DNA of 64,000 bases from Gammaproteobacteria bacterium (GTDB lineage Bacteria > Pseudomonadota > Gammaproteobacteria > CAJXQU01). Below the pieces are notes generated by a model. It was given only the letters and a program-made list of their open reading frames with translations. It was not told where the DNA came from and did no database searches. The DNA is taken from NCBI GenBank assembly GCA_965238175.1, contig CBDEGZ010000003.1, positions 2,627,885 through 2,691,884 of the forward strand. The letters run 5' to 3'. The position numbers and the translations under genes were made by a program. Below are positions 25,043 through 37,186 of the stretch, piece by piece (the first letter of the stretch is position 1; every line of letters starts with the position of its first letter).

Positions 25043-25777
25043 ATGAGTAACTCTTTTTTTAGTGGCGCAAAATATGCCCTTTCAGGTTTCAAGCTAATAT
25101 CCAAGCCTCGGATACGCAAATACGTTGCGATTCCATTTTTGATCAACCTTATTTTGTTCTCGATCGCATTATGGTTTGGCGCAAATTGGATAAACTCTCT
25201 GATTGAGAGTTGGCTACCAGGCTGGTTAGTGTGGCTGGAATACTTGATCTGGCCGATCTTGGCTTTCCTAGCTCTTGCTGTTATTTTTTCGACTTTCACT
25301 CTCATTGCAAACCTTTTTGGCGCACCGTTTAACAGTATGCTTGCCCAAGCCGTAGAAACTCGTTTGTCAGGTGAGGAATTTATCAACAACCCAAAATTAT
25401 CGAGTATTACGAAAAATGTCTTTGTGTCGATAAAAGCAGAAATTGGAAAACTAATCTTTTTTGCTCTACGCGCTATCCCTCTGCTGATCATATCGATTAT
25501 TCCTGGCATCAATATTGCTGCGCCTTTCCTATGGTTTTTGTTTGCAGCGTGGATGTTAGTTCACGAATATATGGATTATCCAATGGGAAATAACGGCTAC
25601 TTATTCCAACAGCAAAGACCCATCTTACGACAAAAACGTTTTACTATATTAGGTTTTGGTGCAATGGTGACGTTTATGACGTTGATACCAATCGTTAACT
25701 TTTTTGCTATGCCTGTTGCTGTCGCTGGGGCAACAAACATGTGGTATCAAGAGTTTAAACAACTCTCTATGACTTAA
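25043..25777 (+). CDS. cysZ: Sulfate transporter CysZ
   Basis: Strong whole-length resemblance to CysZ (GFKLISKPRIRKYVAIPFLINLILF..., NGYLFQQQRPILRQKRFTILGFG...). Four-TM EI24/CysZ family. Confidence 0.75.
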   Translation: MSNSFFSGAKYALSGFKLISKPRIRKYVAIPFLINLILFSIALWFGANWINSLIESWLPGWLVWLEYLIWPILAFLALAVIFSTFTLIANLFGAPFNSMLAQAVETRLSGEEFINNPKLSSITKNVFVSIKAEIGKLIFFALRAIPLLIISIIPGINIAAPFLWFLFAAWMLVHEYMDYPMGNNGYLFQQQRPILRQKRFTILGFGAMVTFMTLIPIVNFFAMPVAVAGATNMWYQEFKQLSMT

Positions 25778-25863
25778 ATATTATTTAACCCTGAGTTAAT
25801 CTCATTGCACTAATGAGTATATTCTGGTAAAAATGCGCGCTTCATTCCGTTTAGGAGATTTTT

Positions 25864-26391
25864 TTGGTGGCCGTTTCGAAAAAAAAGGTTAGTAAGAAAA
25901 AAACCGCGAGTAAGAAAACTTTGACTAAAAAACAAGTAACTAGTAAACAAGAAACTACTGTAAAAAAAGCAAGAGATTTAACCAGTTTCGATAATTTCAA
26001 ACCCTACAAAGCTAAAAAGGGTGAGGAATACATGAACACGTCACAATCAGAACATTTCAGGACTATCCTCCTTACGTGGCTAAAAGATCTGCAAGAAGAA
26101 GTTGATCGTACTGTCGATCATATGCAATCAGATGCCTCCAATTTTTCTGACCCGAATGATCGTGCAACTCAAGAAGAAGAGTTTGCACTTGAGCTTCGAA
26201 CGCGTGATCGAGAACGCAAGTTAACTAAAAAAATTCGTAACTCCCTCGCTGGTCTTGATAGTGGCGACTACGGATTTTGCGAAGTCTGCGGCATAGAAAT
26301 CGGTATTCAAAGACTGGAAGCACGCCCAACAGCTGACTTATGTATCGATTGTAAGACTCTCGATGAAATCAAAGAAAAACAGATGAGCTAA
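25864..26391 (+). CDS. dksA: RNA polymerase-binding transcription factor DksA with a lysine-rich N-terminal extension
   Basis: Near-identity of the core to E. coli DksA (PYKAKKGEEYMN..., DRTVDHMQ, coiled-coil tip, C4 zinc finger CEVCGIEIGIQRLEARPTADLCIDCK). The listed ORF begins at a TTG and adds an approximately 25 aa K-rich tail. A good SD precedes an internal ATG at 26032. dksA-gluQ synteny as in E. coli. Confidence 0.85.
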   Translation: MVAVSKKKVSKKKTASKKTLTKKQVTSKQETTVKKARDLTSFDNFKPYKAKKGEEYMNTSQSEHFRTILLTWLKDLQEEVDRTVDHMQSDASNFSDPNDRATQEEEFALELRTRDRERKLTKKIRNSLAGLDSGDYGFCEVCGIEIGIQRLEARPTADLCIDCKTLDEIKEKQMS

Positions 26392-26392
26392 T

Positions 26393-27274
26393 GTGGCTCG
26401 GATCAGAGGTCGTTTTGCCCCAACGCCTTCCGGTTCTTTACATTTTGGCTCATTAATTGCCGCTATTGCCAGCTACCTCAATACCAAATCTCGCGGTGGG
26501 CAATGGCTAATTAGAATTGATGATCTTGATTCTGCTCGTAACGTTCGCGGCGCCAGTGAAAATATCCTGAAAACACTGGAAAACTTTGGTCTGTTTTGGG
26601 ATGAAAAGATTCTTTACCAAAGTGTTCAAATCGATGCTTATAATGATGCTATTGATCAATTATCCAGTAAAAATTTGATCTATCCATGCATATGTACTCG
26701 AAAGCAGATCGGTCATAATGCCTACACAGGCACTTGTCGAAATAGAATTTATTCTAGAAAGTTAACCTCTTCACTCCGTATTGTTACTGAAAATAAAACT
26801 CTGGAATTTCAAGATATTAAACAAGGTACTTTCAAACAAAATATCGAAAAAGAAGTAGGTGATTTCATTGTAAAACGTTCAGATGGATATATTGCATATC
26901 ATTTAGCCAACGTCGTTGATGATCAAATTCAAGGAATAACGGAGGTGGTTCGCGGGGCAGATCTGCTTGACTCAACGCCGAGACAAATTTACCTACAAAA
27001 AAAGCTTGGTTATTCACAACCTGAGTATTTACACCTACCGGTTGCGCTAGATCAAAAAGGTCAAAAACTGAGTAAATCTCATGGCTCTTTAACTATCAAT
27101 AATACAAATGATCTGCAAAACTCTGGTAAATTGATTTGTGATGTACTCAGCTTCCTTGGCCAAACACCACCAGAATCTCTCAGTAAAGAAAACGCTCAGG
27201 CATGCCTTGAATGGGGAGTTTCTAACTGGAATATACTGGCGATCCCTGAACAGATTTCAAAGCCGTACAACTGA
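26393..27274 (+). CDS. gluQ: Glutamyl-Q tRNA(Asp) synthetase
   Basis: Truncated GluRS-like catalytic domain with HFGS motif (PTPSGSLHFGSL) and KLSKS (KLSKSHG). 293 aa. Downstream of dksA. Confidence 0.85.
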   Translation: MARIRGRFAPTPSGSLHFGSLIAAIASYLNTKSRGGQWLIRIDDLDSARNVRGASENILKTLENFGLFWDEKILYQSVQIDAYNDAIDQLSSKNLIYPCICTRKQIGHNAYTGTCRNRIYSRKLTSSLRIVTENKTLEFQDIKQGTFKQNIEKEVGDFIVKRSDGYIAYHLANVVDDQIQGITEVVRGADLLDSTPRQIYLQKKLGYSQPEYLHLPVALDQKGQKLSKSHGSLTINNTNDLQNSGKLICDVLSFLGQTPPESLSKENAQACLEWGVSNWNILAIPEQISKPYN

Positions 27275-27289
27275 CGTTTTCTAGCCCAT

Positions 27290-27321
27290 TAAAAAAGGGA
27301 CTTAATAGCCCCTTTTTTATG
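27290..27321. terminator. Bidirectional rho-independent terminator between convergent gluQ and pnp
   Basis: aaaaaaGGGacttaatagCCCCtttttt: a GC stem flanked by an A-run on one side and a T-run on the other. Confidence 0.5.
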
Positions 27322-27335
27322 CTTTATAAGAAAGT

Positions 27336-29426
27336 CTACGACTCTGCATCAACCTCTTTCATGCTAAGTCTTATACGCCCTTGTTTATCAACTTCGAGAA
27401 CCTTAACTCGAACCGTCTCACCTTCAGAAAGCTTATCACTTACCGTTTCTACACGTTCTTCGGAAATCTGAGAGATATGAACCAGGCCATCTTTACCTGG
27501 AAGAATATTGACGAATGCACCAAAGTCCATAATCTTAGCAACTTTACCTTCATACACGGCCCCAACTTCAACTTCAGCTGTAATTCTTTCTACCCACTTC
27601 AATGCTTCCTGTCCGGCAGCATTATCAACAGAAGCAATTTTAACCGTACCGTCATCATCAAGGTCGATAGAGGCACCTGTTTCTTCAGTGATCTGGCGGA
27701 TAGTTGCACCGCCCTTACCAATGACATCGCGGATCTTGTCCGGATTAATCTTGATAGTCAGGATTCTTGGAGCATGCTCCGACATCTCAGTCCGCGTTTC
27801 ATCAATCACTTTGGCCATTTCACCCAAAATATGCAATCGACCCGCTTTAGCCTGCTCTAGGGCGGCTTCCATAATCTCTTTTGTGATGCCATCAATTTTG
27901 ATATCCATTTGCAAAGCATTAATACCATTTTCAGTACCAGCTACTTTGAAATCCATATCACCTAAATGATCTTCATCACCTAAAATATCCGAAAGAACAA
28001 CAAAATTGTCTCCTTCTTTAACCAAGCCCATTGCGATACCAGCTACCGGTGCTTTAATCGGTACACCTGCATCCATTAATGACAAGCTTGTTCCGCAGAC
28101 TGATGCCATCGAGCTTGAACCGTTAGATTCAGTAATCTCTGATACAACTCGAACCACATAAGGGAATTCTTCAATCGTTGGCATAACACCAATAATGCCA
28201 CGTTTAGCTAAACGGCCATGGCCAATTTCACGTCGTTTTGGTGTACCTACCCGGCCTGTTTCACCAACACAATAAGGAGGAAAGTTGTAGTGCAACATGA
28301 AGTTGTCTTTAAACGATCCTTCAAGCGCGTCGATTATTTGGGCATCTCTTTGCGTTCCAAGCGAAACTGTCACGATGGCTTGCGTCTCACCACGTGTGAA
28401 TAGAGCTGAGCCATGTGTTCTTGGTAATACACCAACGCGAACAGCAATATCACGGATATCATCTTTCTGACGTCCATCAATCCGTGTTTCACCGCCGATG
28501 ATAGAACTACGCACCACTTCGTGTTCTAAATGCTCTATTGCATTCCCAACTTCGCCTTCACTCCATTGATCGTCTTCTTCACCGATTAATGCTTCTCTAG
28601 CCTGGTTACGCACCTCTGAAAGCACACCATAACGATCCATTTTATCTTTGATGTTATAAGCATCTTTGATCTGACTCTGGAAGCCCGAAGCTAATTTGCT
28701 TGCGAGATCAGTATCTTCTTCAGGTGCTTCCCAATCCCAGGATTCTGTACCGACTTCTTTTGCTAATTCAGCAATATTGTCGATTACTGTCTGGAACTGC
28801 TCATGCCCGAACATGACTGCACCTAACATCACGTCTTCAGAAAGTTGCTGTGCTTCAGACTCAACCATCAAGACTGATGTTGATGTACCGGCAACAACCA
28901 GATCCAATTCTGAATCATCTAATTCTGAAAAAGATGGGTTGAGTATATATTCGCCCTCTTTATAACCGACACGTGCAGCACCAACTGGACCACTAAAGGG
29001 AACACCTGTGATTGCTAGCGCTGCTGATGCACCAATTAAAGCAACAATATCTGGATCAACTTCTGGATCTAATGACATTACTGAGGCAACTATTTGCACT
29101 TCATTAACAAAACCTTTTGGAAATAATGGACGTAATGGTCGATCAATTAAGCGGCAGGTCAGTGTTTCTTTTTCAGTTGGACGACCTTCACGTTTAAAGA
29201 ATCCTCCTGGTATTTTGCCCGCTGCATAGGCTTTTTCTTGATAATCAACCGTCAAAGGAAAGAAGTCACGACCATGATCCGCATTCTTTTTGCCGACAAC
29301 CGAAACAAAGACGACTGTATCGCCCAGGCTTGCCATGATTGATCCGGTTGCTTGTCTTGCGATCTCCCCGGTTTCCAGAGACATCGTTTTATTACCGTAT
29401 TGAAATGTTTTTTTAATTGCCGCCAT
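27336..29426 (-). CDS. pnp: Polyribonucleotide nucleotidyltransferase (PNPase)
   Basis: Two RNase PH domains, KH and S1 domains. 696 aa. rpsO-pnp synteny. Confidence 0.95.
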   Translation of the reverse strand: MAAIKKTFQYGNKTMSLETGEIARQATGSIMASLGDTVVFVSVVGKKNADHGRDFFPLTVDYQEKAYAAGKIPGGFFKREGRPTEKETLTCRLIDRPLRPLFPKGFVNEVQIVASVMSLDPEVDPDIVALIGASAALAITGVPFSGPVGAARVGYKEGEYILNPSFSELDDSELDLVVAGTSTSVLMVESEAQQLSEDVMLGAVMFGHEQFQTVIDNIAELAKEVGTESWDWEAPEEDTDLASKLASGFQSQIKDAYNIKDKMDRYGVLSEVRNQAREALIGEEDDQWSEGEVGNAIEHLEHEVVRSSIIGGETRIDGRQKDDIRDIAVRVGVLPRTHGSALFTRGETQAIVTVSLGTQRDAQIIDALEGSFKDNFMLHYNFPPYCVGETGRVGTPKRREIGHGRLAKRGIIGVMPTIEEFPYVVRVVSEITESNGSSSMASVCGTSLSLMDAGVPIKAPVAGIAMGLVKEGDNFVVLSDILGDEDHLGDMDFKVAGTENGINALQMDIKIDGITKEIMEAALEQAKAGRLHILGEMAKVIDETRTEMSEHAPRILTIKINPDKIRDVIGKGGATIRQITEETGASIDLDDDGTVKIASVDNAAGQEALKWVERITAEVEVGAVYEGKVAKIMDFGAFVNILPGKDGLVHISQISEERVETVSDKLSEGETVRVKVLEVDKQGRIRLSMKEVDAES

Positions 29427-29468
29427 ATGAGATCACTTTATATTGAATTATTTTGATAAGTCAGAACG

Positions 29469-29496
29469 ACACTACCCGGGCAAACCCGGGTAGTGT
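29469..29496 (-). promoter_or_regulatory. Perfect 12-bp stem-loop in the rpsO-pnp intergenic region (candidate rpsO attenuator / RNase III processing site of the pnp leader)
   Basis: acactacccggg-caaa-cccgggtagtgt. It lies between rpsO and pnp, where E. coli has the RNase III-cleaved autoregulatory hairpin. Confidence 0.45.
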
Positions 29497-29519
29497 ATTT
29501 TTATTTGTTTTAGATATTT

Positions 29520-29789
29520 TTACTTTCTCAGTCCAAGACTGGTGATCAGTGTCCGGTAGCGTTCAATATCAACACCCCGAAGATAATCTAACAACTTACG
29601 CCGTTGATTAACCATCCTTAGTAAGCCTTGTCGCGAGTGATTGTCTTTTTTATGTTCTTTGAAATGATCAGACAAATCTTTAATTCGTGTGGTTAACAAA
29701 GCAACCTGTACTTCAGGAGAACCAGTGTCGTTATCTGATTGTTGATATTCTTTTACTACTTCGCTTTTGTCAGCGGCTGTCAGTGCCAT
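29520..29789 (-). CDS. rpsO: 30S ribosomal protein S15
   Basis: 89 aa with the conserved S15 sequence ([15 protein letters not shown]). Confidence 0.95.
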   Translation of the reverse strand: MALTAADKSEVVKEYQQSDNDTGSPEVQVALLTTRIKDLSDHFKEHKKDNHSRQGLLRMVNQRRKLLDYLRGVDIERYRTLITSLGLRK

Positions 29790-30056
29790 TAATGGACTCC
29801 ATACTTATACATACTTTTGAGGTGGCGTATTGTAACCGTGAGCTATTGATTGGACAAGGAATTCTTTATATTAAAGTAGAAAAATCAGTTGGTTTTTATT
29901 CACAATCAAATCAGTAGCTCTAAAAGTGTTACATTTTACTCCTTTTAAAGCGGTTGTCGCGATAGAATTTGATCATTTTTACACGATCAAATTGCCTGAA
30001 CGTTTCTCAAAAAAAACGGCCCACTTAAGCCGTTCTTGTCTGATCAAATTATATGT

Positions 30057-30980
30057 CTAAGTTTTGCCTAAGCAGGTGGCAATTAAACGTTTGGGTACGA
30101 TACGTCCTTCTGTCGTGATTTCAGCAATGCCGATAAATTGATCAGTACCACGATACACTCTGATTAAGCCGGATTTTTCTGGACAGGGCGTCATCACCGG
30201 CTGACCATTGAGAAAACATAATGCGGTCTGTTCGGATAAATGACAAACCGGGAGATCGTTTAAACCTGCATCGACAGGAAGCAGTAATTGATCTAATTCT
30301 TCAGGTGCATCAGCCAGCGCTTCGATCGTGTCAACGGTATAGGCATTGTCCAGATCAAAACAACCGACTTTTGTTCTTCGTAAACTTAGAACATGTGCAC
30401 CACAACCGAGTGCTTCTCCAATATCTTCGGCCAGGGTTCTAATGTAGGTTCCTTTTGAACAATCCACCTCGATAATGAAGCTGTCTGTTTTTAGATCACT
30501 CGCTTCAAGTCGATATATTTTTTGTTGCCTTTCCTTGCGTTTGACCTCTTTGCCCTGTTGAGCCAGTTTATAGAGGCGTTCTCCATCATGCTTTAGTGCA
30601 GAATACATCGGTGGGATCTGAACGATATTTCCTCGAAACTGTTTAAAAATATCTTCCAATTGGGTTTCTGTAAATGCCGGTACAGGACGAGTTTTGAGGA
30701 CTTCTCCCTCAGCATCTAAGGTTGTTGTATTGATACCTAACTTAACGTCTGCAATGTAGGACTTATCTGAATCCAGTAAGTAAGTCGTCATTTTGGTCGC
30801 TTCACCAAAACAGATCGGTAACAGACCTGTTGCAGGTCCATCAAGATTACCAGTGTGGCCAGCTTTTTGAGCTTGAAAAAGTCGTCTTACTTTTTGTAGT
30901 ACTTGATTACTGCTGATCCCGGCGGGTTTGTCCAACAAGAGTATGCCATCGACTTTTTTTCCTTTTCGTCGTCTAGCCAC
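30057..30980 (-). CDS. truB: tRNA pseudouridine(55) synthase TruB
   Basis: Catalytic Asp motif GHTGNLD (GHxGTLD-type), PUA-like C-terminus. Synteny. Confidence 0.9.
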   Translation of the reverse strand: MARRRKGKKVDGILLLDKPAGISSNQVLQKVRRLFQAQKAGHTGNLDGPATGLLPICFGEATKMTTYLLDSDKSYIADVKLGINTTTLDAEGEVLKTRPVPAFTETQLEDIFKQFRGNIVQIPPMYSALKHDGERLYKLAQQGKEVKRKERQQKIYRLEASDLKTDSFIIEVDCSKGTYIRTLAEDIGEALGCGAHVLSLRRTKVGCFDLDNAYTVDTIEALADAPEELDQLLLPVDAGLNDLPVCHLSEQTALCFLNGQPVMTPCPEKSGLIRVYRGTDQFIGIAEITTEGRIVPKRLIATCLGKT

Positions 30981-31347
30981 TATTGGATGAGTTTGAATCT
31001 TTTAATGCGACTTCATCAAGTAATGCTTCCATTTTGTTTCCTCTTTCAATGGAAACATCATAATAAAACTTGAGACGAGGGACACTGCGCATCGTCATAA
31101 TTTGTGAGAGACAATGGCGTAAGTGAGGGCTTGCATCATTTAGAACAGCTTCACCTTCTTTTTCAGTTAACTGTGAGCCGAGAAGGGTGAAATAAACTTT
31201 TGCTATTGATAAATCCGGTGCTGACTCGACCGCAGTAAAAGTCACCATGCCTAAACTTGGCTGATCAACTTCGTTTTTGATCAAGGAGGCAAGCTCTCTT
31301 TTGATCTGCTCCTCGACTCGTCGAGCTCGGCTAAATTCTTTAGGCAT
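30973..31347 (-). CDS. rbfA: Ribosome-binding factor A
   Basis: 124 aa KH-like RbfA (RARRVEEQIKRELASLI...VTFTAVE...). Synteny. Confidence 0.9.
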   Translation of the reverse strand: MPKEFSRARRVEEQIKRELASLIKNEVDQPSLGMVTFTAVESAPDLSIAKVYFTLLGSQLTEKEGEAVLNDASPHLRHCLSQIMTMRSVPRLKFYYDVSIERGNKMEALLDEVALKDSNSSNSG

Positions 31348-31385
31348 GTAACTATCGGTGTTCTATATGTCAGGTCTAATCAAGT

Positions 31386-33905
31386 TTAAAGTGTTCTGGC
31401 GACTTCGGTTCGATCAAAAACCTCAATTTGATCGCCACTTCTGATGTCGTTGTAATTTTTCACGCCAATACCACATTCTGTACCAGATTTAACTTCATTC
31501 ACATCATCTTTGAACCGACGTAAAGATTCCAGCTCGCCCTCATATACCACGACGTTGTCACGTAGAACGCGAATAGGACTACTTCGTTTAATCACACCAG
31601 TAGCAACGATACAACCCGCAATGGCTCCCAGCTGTGATGATCTAAATACATCTTTCACTTCTGCGACACCAATAATTTCTTCCCTGATTTCGGGTGATAA
31701 CATTCCACTAAGAGCAGCTTTAACATCATCAATCACATCATAAATAACACTGTAATAACGAAGATCTAATTCCTCATCTTCGATTAATTTTCGTGCTGTA
31801 CCGTCCGCGCGAACGTTGAAACCGATAATAACGGCTTGAGAAGCCATTCCAAGCGTGGCATCTGATTCGTTGATACCACCTACTCCACTTGCTACAACAT
31901 TGACACGAACTTCTTCAGTGTTTAATTTGATCAACGATTCGCTCAACGCTTCGGCAGAACCATGAACATCCGCCTTGATCAAAACGTTGAGTGTGAAAAC
32001 CTCACCCTCTTCCATTTTCGAAAACATCTGATCGAGTTTTGCAGCCTGCTGTCTGGCAAGTTTTACCTCACGAGTTTTATGCTCTCGATGCTCAGCAAGT
32101 TCTCTCGCCTGGCGTTCATCCTTTACAACCATGGCTTCATCACCTGCGACAGATGCACCCGACAAACCGAGAACTTCAACTGGAATCGAAGGTCCCGCAT
32201 TTTGTAGCTGTGTACCATGCTCATCAATCAAAGCACGCACTCGTCCATACTGTTCACCCGCAAGTAAAATGTCACCTTTTTTAAGTGTTCCAGCTTGAAC
32301 CAGAATTGTCGCGACAGAACCACGCCCTTTATCAAGCCTGGACTCAATGACGATACCTCTGGCACTGCCTTCTACGGGTGCTTTGAGCTCAAGTAATTCT
32401 GCCTGAAGCAATACAGCATCTAATAATGCTTCGACACCCTCACCAGTATGAGCAGAAACAGGAATAAATTGTGTATCCCCTCCCCAATCTTCGGGGATCA
32501 CTTCCTGAGCAGAAAGCTCATTCTTTGCTCTCTCAGGATCCGCGCCTTCCTTATCCATTTTATTCACTGCAACTATAATCGGCACGCCTGCTGCTTTTGA
32601 ATGCTGAACCGCCTCAATTGTTTGTGGCATAACTCCATCATCGGCGGCTACTACGAGGATCACAATATCGGTTGAGTTTGCCCCCCTGGAGCGCATTGCC
32701 GTAAATGCTGCATGGCCAGGTGTATCTAAAAAGGTAATTTCACCATGAGATGTTTTTACATGGTAGGCACCAATATGTTGAGTAATGCCACCCGCTTCAC
32801 CATCCGCCACTTTTGCAGAACGAATATAGTCGAGCAGTGATGTCTTACCATGATCAACATGGCCCATTATAGTTACCACAGGGGATCGAGGAACTAATTC
32901 ACCTTCAGGCTGAGTTTCGATCTGAATTTCTTCTTCAAGTGCATTTTCACTGATTAGTTTAGGATTATGTCCTAGTTCTTCAACAACCAAAATTGCAGTA
33001 TCTTGATCCAAGACCTGATTAATTGTCGCCATCGTACCCAAATTCATCAATACCTTGAGTACTTCTCCGGATTTGATCGACATTTTTTTGGCTAGATCAG
33101 CCACTGATATATTTTCTGGAACTTCAACAGTATGGACAGCTGATTCTGTCGGCATTTCAAAACCATGTTTGGTATCACCTGTAGCGATAGGAGCTCTTCG
33201 TCTAGTCGGTTTATTTCGACGACGACCAGCTTTGTTACCTGCCACATGTAATTCAGAGCGACCACCGTAACGAGGTTTAGGTTTCTTCTCTTCTTTTCCT
33301 CGTTTTGCTTTAGCTTCAGTAGCAGTACGTGCTTTTTCTTCCGCTAACCGCTGCTCTTCAACAGCCTGTTTACTCGCGGCTAATACTTCTTCTTCAGCTT
33401 CTTTACTTGCTGTTTCTTCCGCCTTAGCCTTTGCCTCAGCTTCTTCTTTTGCTTTCACTTTTTCTTCTTGTGCAGCACGAATCGCTTCTTCTTCAGCGCG
33501 TTTTTCGGCCTCTATCAGATCACGTTTTTGCTGTTCTTCATCTGCTCGTTTCTGTTCTTCTTCCTCGATAACGCTGCGTTTGACATAGGTACGTTTTTTT
33601 CTGACTTCTATGCTGACTGTTCGGCCACCAGTACGTGTACGTGTCGTTGCTCTCGCACCAGGAAGATTTAATTCGCTAACAGATTTACGCTTTAACGTGA
33701 CTTGCTTAGGTTCGGAGGATGACTCCTTATCATCATCTTTCCCATGTTTTTGCCGTAAATGCGCAAGCAATTTCGTCTTTTCATCGTCACTTATTGATCC
33801 GTCTGCCTGTTTTGCGGGCACACCGGCTTCTTCCAGTTGGTTTAACAACTTGTCAACTGATATGCCGACAACACCAGCGAAATCTTTAACGCTTACTTCT
33901 GCCAT
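31386..33905 (-). CDS. infB: Translation initiation factor IF-2
   Basis: Charged N-terminal region, G-domain ([21 protein letters not shown]), C-terminal beta-barrels. 839 aa. Confidence 0.95.
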   Translation of the reverse strand: MAEVSVKDFAGVVGISVDKLLNQLEEAGVPAKQADGSISDDEKTKLLAHLRQKHGKDDDKESSSEPKQVTLKRKSVSELNLPGARATTRTRTGGRTVSIEVRKKRTYVKRSVIEEEEQKRADEEQQKRDLIEAEKRAEEEAIRAAQEEKVKAKEEAEAKAKAEETASKEAEEEVLAASKQAVEEQRLAEEKARTATEAKAKRGKEEKKPKPRYGGRSELHVAGNKAGRRRNKPTRRRAPIATGDTKHGFEMPTESAVHTVEVPENISVADLAKKMSIKSGEVLKVLMNLGTMATINQVLDQDTAILVVEELGHNPKLISENALEEEIQIETQPEGELVPRSPVVTIMGHVDHGKTSLLDYIRSAKVADGEAGGITQHIGAYHVKTSHGEITFLDTPGHAAFTAMRSRGANSTDIVILVVAADDGVMPQTIEAVQHSKAAGVPIIVAVNKMDKEGADPERAKNELSAQEVIPEDWGGDTQFIPVSAHTGEGVEALLDAVLLQAELLELKAPVEGSARGIVIESRLDKGRGSVATILVQAGTLKKGDILLAGEQYGRVRALIDEHGTQLQNAGPSIPVEVLGLSGASVAGDEAMVVKDERQARELAEHREHKTREVKLARQQAAKLDQMFSKMEEGEVFTLNVLIKADVHGSAEALSESLIKLNTEEVRVNVVASGVGGINESDATLGMASQAVIIGFNVRADGTARKLIEDEELDLRYYSVIYDVIDDVKAALSGMLSPEIREEIIGVAEVKDVFRSSQLGAIAGCIVATGVIKRSSPIRVLRDNVVVYEGELESLRRFKDDVNEVKSGTECGIGVKNYNDIRSGDQIEVFDRTEVARTL

Positions 33906-33957
33906 TTTTTTATTCCAGAATTTTTCAAGAACCTACTGTTTAACCTGCAAAAAGGAT

Positions 33958-35487
33958 CTAGACGTCTTCACCCTCATTTTCAAACCATGGTTTTCGAGCA
34001 GTCATAATCAACTCACCTGCACGTTTTTCATCAACACCTTCAATATCCAGGAGCTCATCCGTTGCTTGTTCTGCAAGATCTTCCATCGTTACAACTCCTC
34101 GACCAGCAAGAATAAAGGCCAGGCCCTCGTCCATCCCTTCCATCGTTAATAAGTCTTCCGCTGGTTTTGCATCACCGATTTCTTCTTCACTTGCTATTGC
34201 TCGGGTCAATAACAAATCTTTTGCTCGACCTCTGATCTCTTGAACTAAGGTCTCATCAAACTCTTCGATACCCAACATTTCTTCTTCAGGTACATAGGCT
34301 ACTTCCTCAATAGTAGTAAACCCTTCTTGAACAAGAATCATGGCAATTTCTTCGTCAACATCAAGAAATCCGGTAAACATTCCCAGGATCTTCTGCGCCT
34401 CGCCCTCACTTTTCTCAGCGGCCTCGTTCTCTGTCATGACATTAATTTGCCATCCAGTTAACTGGCTTGCCAGACGTACGTTTTGACCGCCCCGTCCAAT
34501 AGCTTGTGATAATTGATCTTCTACAACAGCGACATCCATACTGTGCGAATCTTCATCAACGATGATAGATACCACTTCGGCTGGAGCCATTGCGTTAATG
34601 ACAAACTGGGCAGGGTTATCATTCCATAAAATGATATCTACCCGCTCACCGCCTAACTCATTCGAGACTGCCTGTACTCGTGAACCACGCATACCAACAC
34701 ACGCACCGACTGGATCTGTTCGTGGATCCTCTGATCTAACCGCTATTTTCGCACGTAGACCCGGATCTCGTGATGCTCCCAAAATTTCGATCAAATTCTC
34801 ACCAATTTCCGGGACTTCAAGCTTAAACAATTCGATCAATAATTCATTTGCTGTACGACTAACAAAAAGTTGTGGACCTCGCTTTTCAAATCGCACTTCT
34901 TTTAAATAACCACGCAGTCGGTCACCGGATCGTACCGATTCTCTTGAAATAACCTCTTCGCGAGGAATAAAGGCTTCAGCATTGCCACCAAGATCAAGAA
35001 TAATGTTCCCTCGATCCATTCTTTTTACTGTGCCCATGATCAATTCGCCGACACGATCCTTATAAGCTTCTACAACCTGTGCTCGTTCAGCTTCCCGAAC
35101 TTTTTGCACGATAACCTGTTTTGCAGTCTGTGCAGCAATTCGACCAAATTCTGCAGCCTCAATCGATTCTTCTATATAGTCACCAATCTGTAGCTCAGGT
35201 TTTTCCTTAACAATATCTTCAAAGAAAACTTCACGCTCAGGCGCAAATTCATCAACTTCACCTTCTACATTGATAACTGGCGCATCACCATCAATCACTT
35301 CCCAACGGCGAAAAGCCTCATACTCGCCAGTGGTCCTATCAATACTCACTCTAACGGCAATGTCTGTCTTGTGAAATTTTCGAGTCGCCGCCGCCAATGC
35401 CTCTTCCAACGCTCCGAAGATAACTTCTCTAGAGACACCTTTTTCATTCGAAACCACATCAACAACTGTCAGAATTTCTTTGCTCAT
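33958..35487 (-). CDS. nusA: Transcription termination/antitermination protein NusA
   Basis: NusA N-terminal domain, S1, two KH domains ([16 protein letters not shown]) and C-terminal acidic repeats. Confidence 0.95.
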   Translation of the reverse strand: MSKEILTVVDVVSNEKGVSREVIFGALEEALAAATRKFHKTDIAVRVSIDRTTGEYEAFRRWEVIDGDAPVINVEGEVDEFAPEREVFFEDIVKEKPELQIGDYIEESIEAAEFGRIAAQTAKQVIVQKVREAERAQVVEAYKDRVGELIMGTVKRMDRGNIILDLGGNAEAFIPREEVISRESVRSGDRLRGYLKEVRFEKRGPQLFVSRTANELLIELFKLEVPEIGENLIEILGASRDPGLRAKIAVRSEDPRTDPVGACVGMRGSRVQAVSNELGGERVDIILWNDNPAQFVINAMAPAEVVSIIVDEDSHSMDVAVVEDQLSQAIGRGGQNVRLASQLTGWQINVMTENEAAEKSEGEAQKILGMFTGFLDVDEEIAMILVQEGFTTIEEVAYVPEEEMLGIEEFDETLVQEIRGRAKDLLLTRAIASEEEIGDAKPAEDLLTMEGMDEGLAFILAGRGVVTMEDLAEQATDELLDIEGVDEKRAGELIMTARKPWFENEGEDV

Positions 35488-35528
35488 ATAATCACTCTTG
35501 TCGTCATATTTTCTTTAAATATATACTT

Positions 35529-36002
35529 TTATAACCCTTTCGCTACTAACCGTCCTTTATCAATCATATTGAACGGAATACTTAGTTCTTCTTCCTGTCC
35601 CGTAGAATTTTCTAGCGCAATAATAACATCTTGTTCATCAGTTCTACGTAACTCGCCTTTTATCCGGCGCCTACCATTTAATATCCTGGCCAGTCTAATT
35701 TTAACCATTGAGCCGCTATATTTTTCATAATGCTCTAATTTAAACAATGGTCTATCCAGACCCGGAGAGGATACTTCTAGAAAATATTGCCCTCTCACTA
35801 AATCTTCAACATCAAGCACACCGCTGATGTGACGACTGACAGTTTCGCAGTCTTTTATAACAATACCATTTTCATGATCAATATAGATCCTTAAAATAGC
35901 ACCACCAGTGTCCTGAACCTGTTCAAACCCCAACATTTCATAGCCTAATCCAGAAATGCTGGAGTCAAGTAATTTATACAATGGCGAACTATCGTTATAC
36001 AT
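35529..36002 (-). CDS. rimP: Ribosome maturation factor RimP
   Basis: 157 aa YhbC/RimP family. Position between metY and nusA. Confidence 0.9.
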   Translation of the reverse strand: MYNDSSPLYKLLDSSISGLGYEMLGFEQVQDTGGAILRIYIDHENGIVIKDCETVSRHISGVLDVEDLVRGQYFLEVSSPGLDRPLFKLEHYEKYSGSMVKIRLARILNGRRRIKGELRRTDEQDVIIALENSTGQEEELSIPFNMIDKGRLVAKGL

Positions 36003-36014
36003 CCCTTAAATCCC

Positions 36015-36044
36015 ACAAAATAAAAAGCCCCGATAGCGGGGCCT
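36015..36044 (-). terminator. Rho-independent terminator/attenuator downstream of tRNA-fMet, upstream of rimP
   Basis: Minus-strand GCCCCGCTATCGGGGC hairpin followed by TTTTTATTTT. Confidence 0.6.
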
Positions 36045-36052
36045 TTATTGTT

Positions 36053-36129
<77 letters not shown>

Positions 36130-36347
36130 TTGTATTAGTGCGCGGAATGTTACCTTCAACCGCTAATTTATTCAAGCTGAATGATCTAAAGAGTACTCAA
36201 ATATATTATGCCTGGCCAATATCTTGACAATTCTTTAACTAAAGGTTCATGTTAGTAATGTCGATAACGCCTTTAAGGATCTAGAGATATAAGTATTTTT
36301 ATCTTATCTCAAAATTATTTAAGGATCAGTTTCACAATAATACGGAT

Positions 36348-37186
36348 ATGCTCGGAAATTACTCGATCCCAAATCATAAATTGATCAAAAAGATCTGTCA
36401 TACCGGAATGTCATCAGTATATTTGGCGCAATCTTTGGTTGATCAAGATCTCGTGATCATAAAAATTCTCGATTTTGATCCGAATGACGAAACAGATTGT
36501 AAAGCAGTTAAACGCTTTGAGCAGGAATACGAACTTTTAAAATATTTAAACCATCCGAATATTGCTGTAATCAAAGACAGGATCGTTAGTAGCCATTACG
36601 CCTGCATTATTATGGAGTATTTCCCCAATGGTGATCTGTCACAAAAGATATCTGAAGGTATCGACACGAATCAAGCCATTAATTATTTCATTCCGATGGT
36701 TCAGGGACTAGACATAATCCATGAACGAAATATCGTTCATAGAGATATAAAACCAAGAAACATTTTATTTCGTTCAGATAATTCGCTAGCAATTTCAGAT
36801 TTTGGTATTGCCAGGGTAATGGAGCAATCGTATGGTTTGACTCTGAAGGGGGTCATTCTCGGCTCCCCTTATTACATGAGCCCGGAACAAATTGACGATG
36901 AAAAAACTGATCGACGCGCTGATTTATACAGTCTTGGTGCCGTTTTTATGAGATGTTAACTGGCAAAAAACCGTTTCGTGGTGGATCTTTGATGAAGATA
37001 TTTTACGCCCACCTGAATGATCCCATACCTACCTTGCCTGCCTTATTACAGGACTATCAGCCGATTATTGATCTGTTACTGGCTAAAAATCCAGATGACC
37101 GTTTCGACTGTGCTGCCGATCTACTATATGCACTCAAAATGATCAAAACCCCTGATAAAGAATCAGCAGATTTAATGCTGGCCTAA
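36348..37186 (+). pseudogene. Minimal eukaryotic-like Ser/Thr protein kinase, interrupted by a -1 frameshift in a T5 run at 36943-36947
   Basis: ORFs 36348..36959 and 36953..37186 together give a kinase domain (VIIKIL, HRDIKPRNILF, ISDFGIA, SPE). ...LYSLGAVF|MRC* versus the expected AVFYEMLTGKKPF. Inserting one T restores the frame. Either a true pseudogene or a homopolymer sequencing error. Confidence 0.6.

Noticed and set aside
36953-37186. Stand-alone 77 aa ORF
   Set aside because: It is the C-terminal lobe of the kinase upstream, separated only by a 1-bp frameshift. Merged into one pseudogene call.
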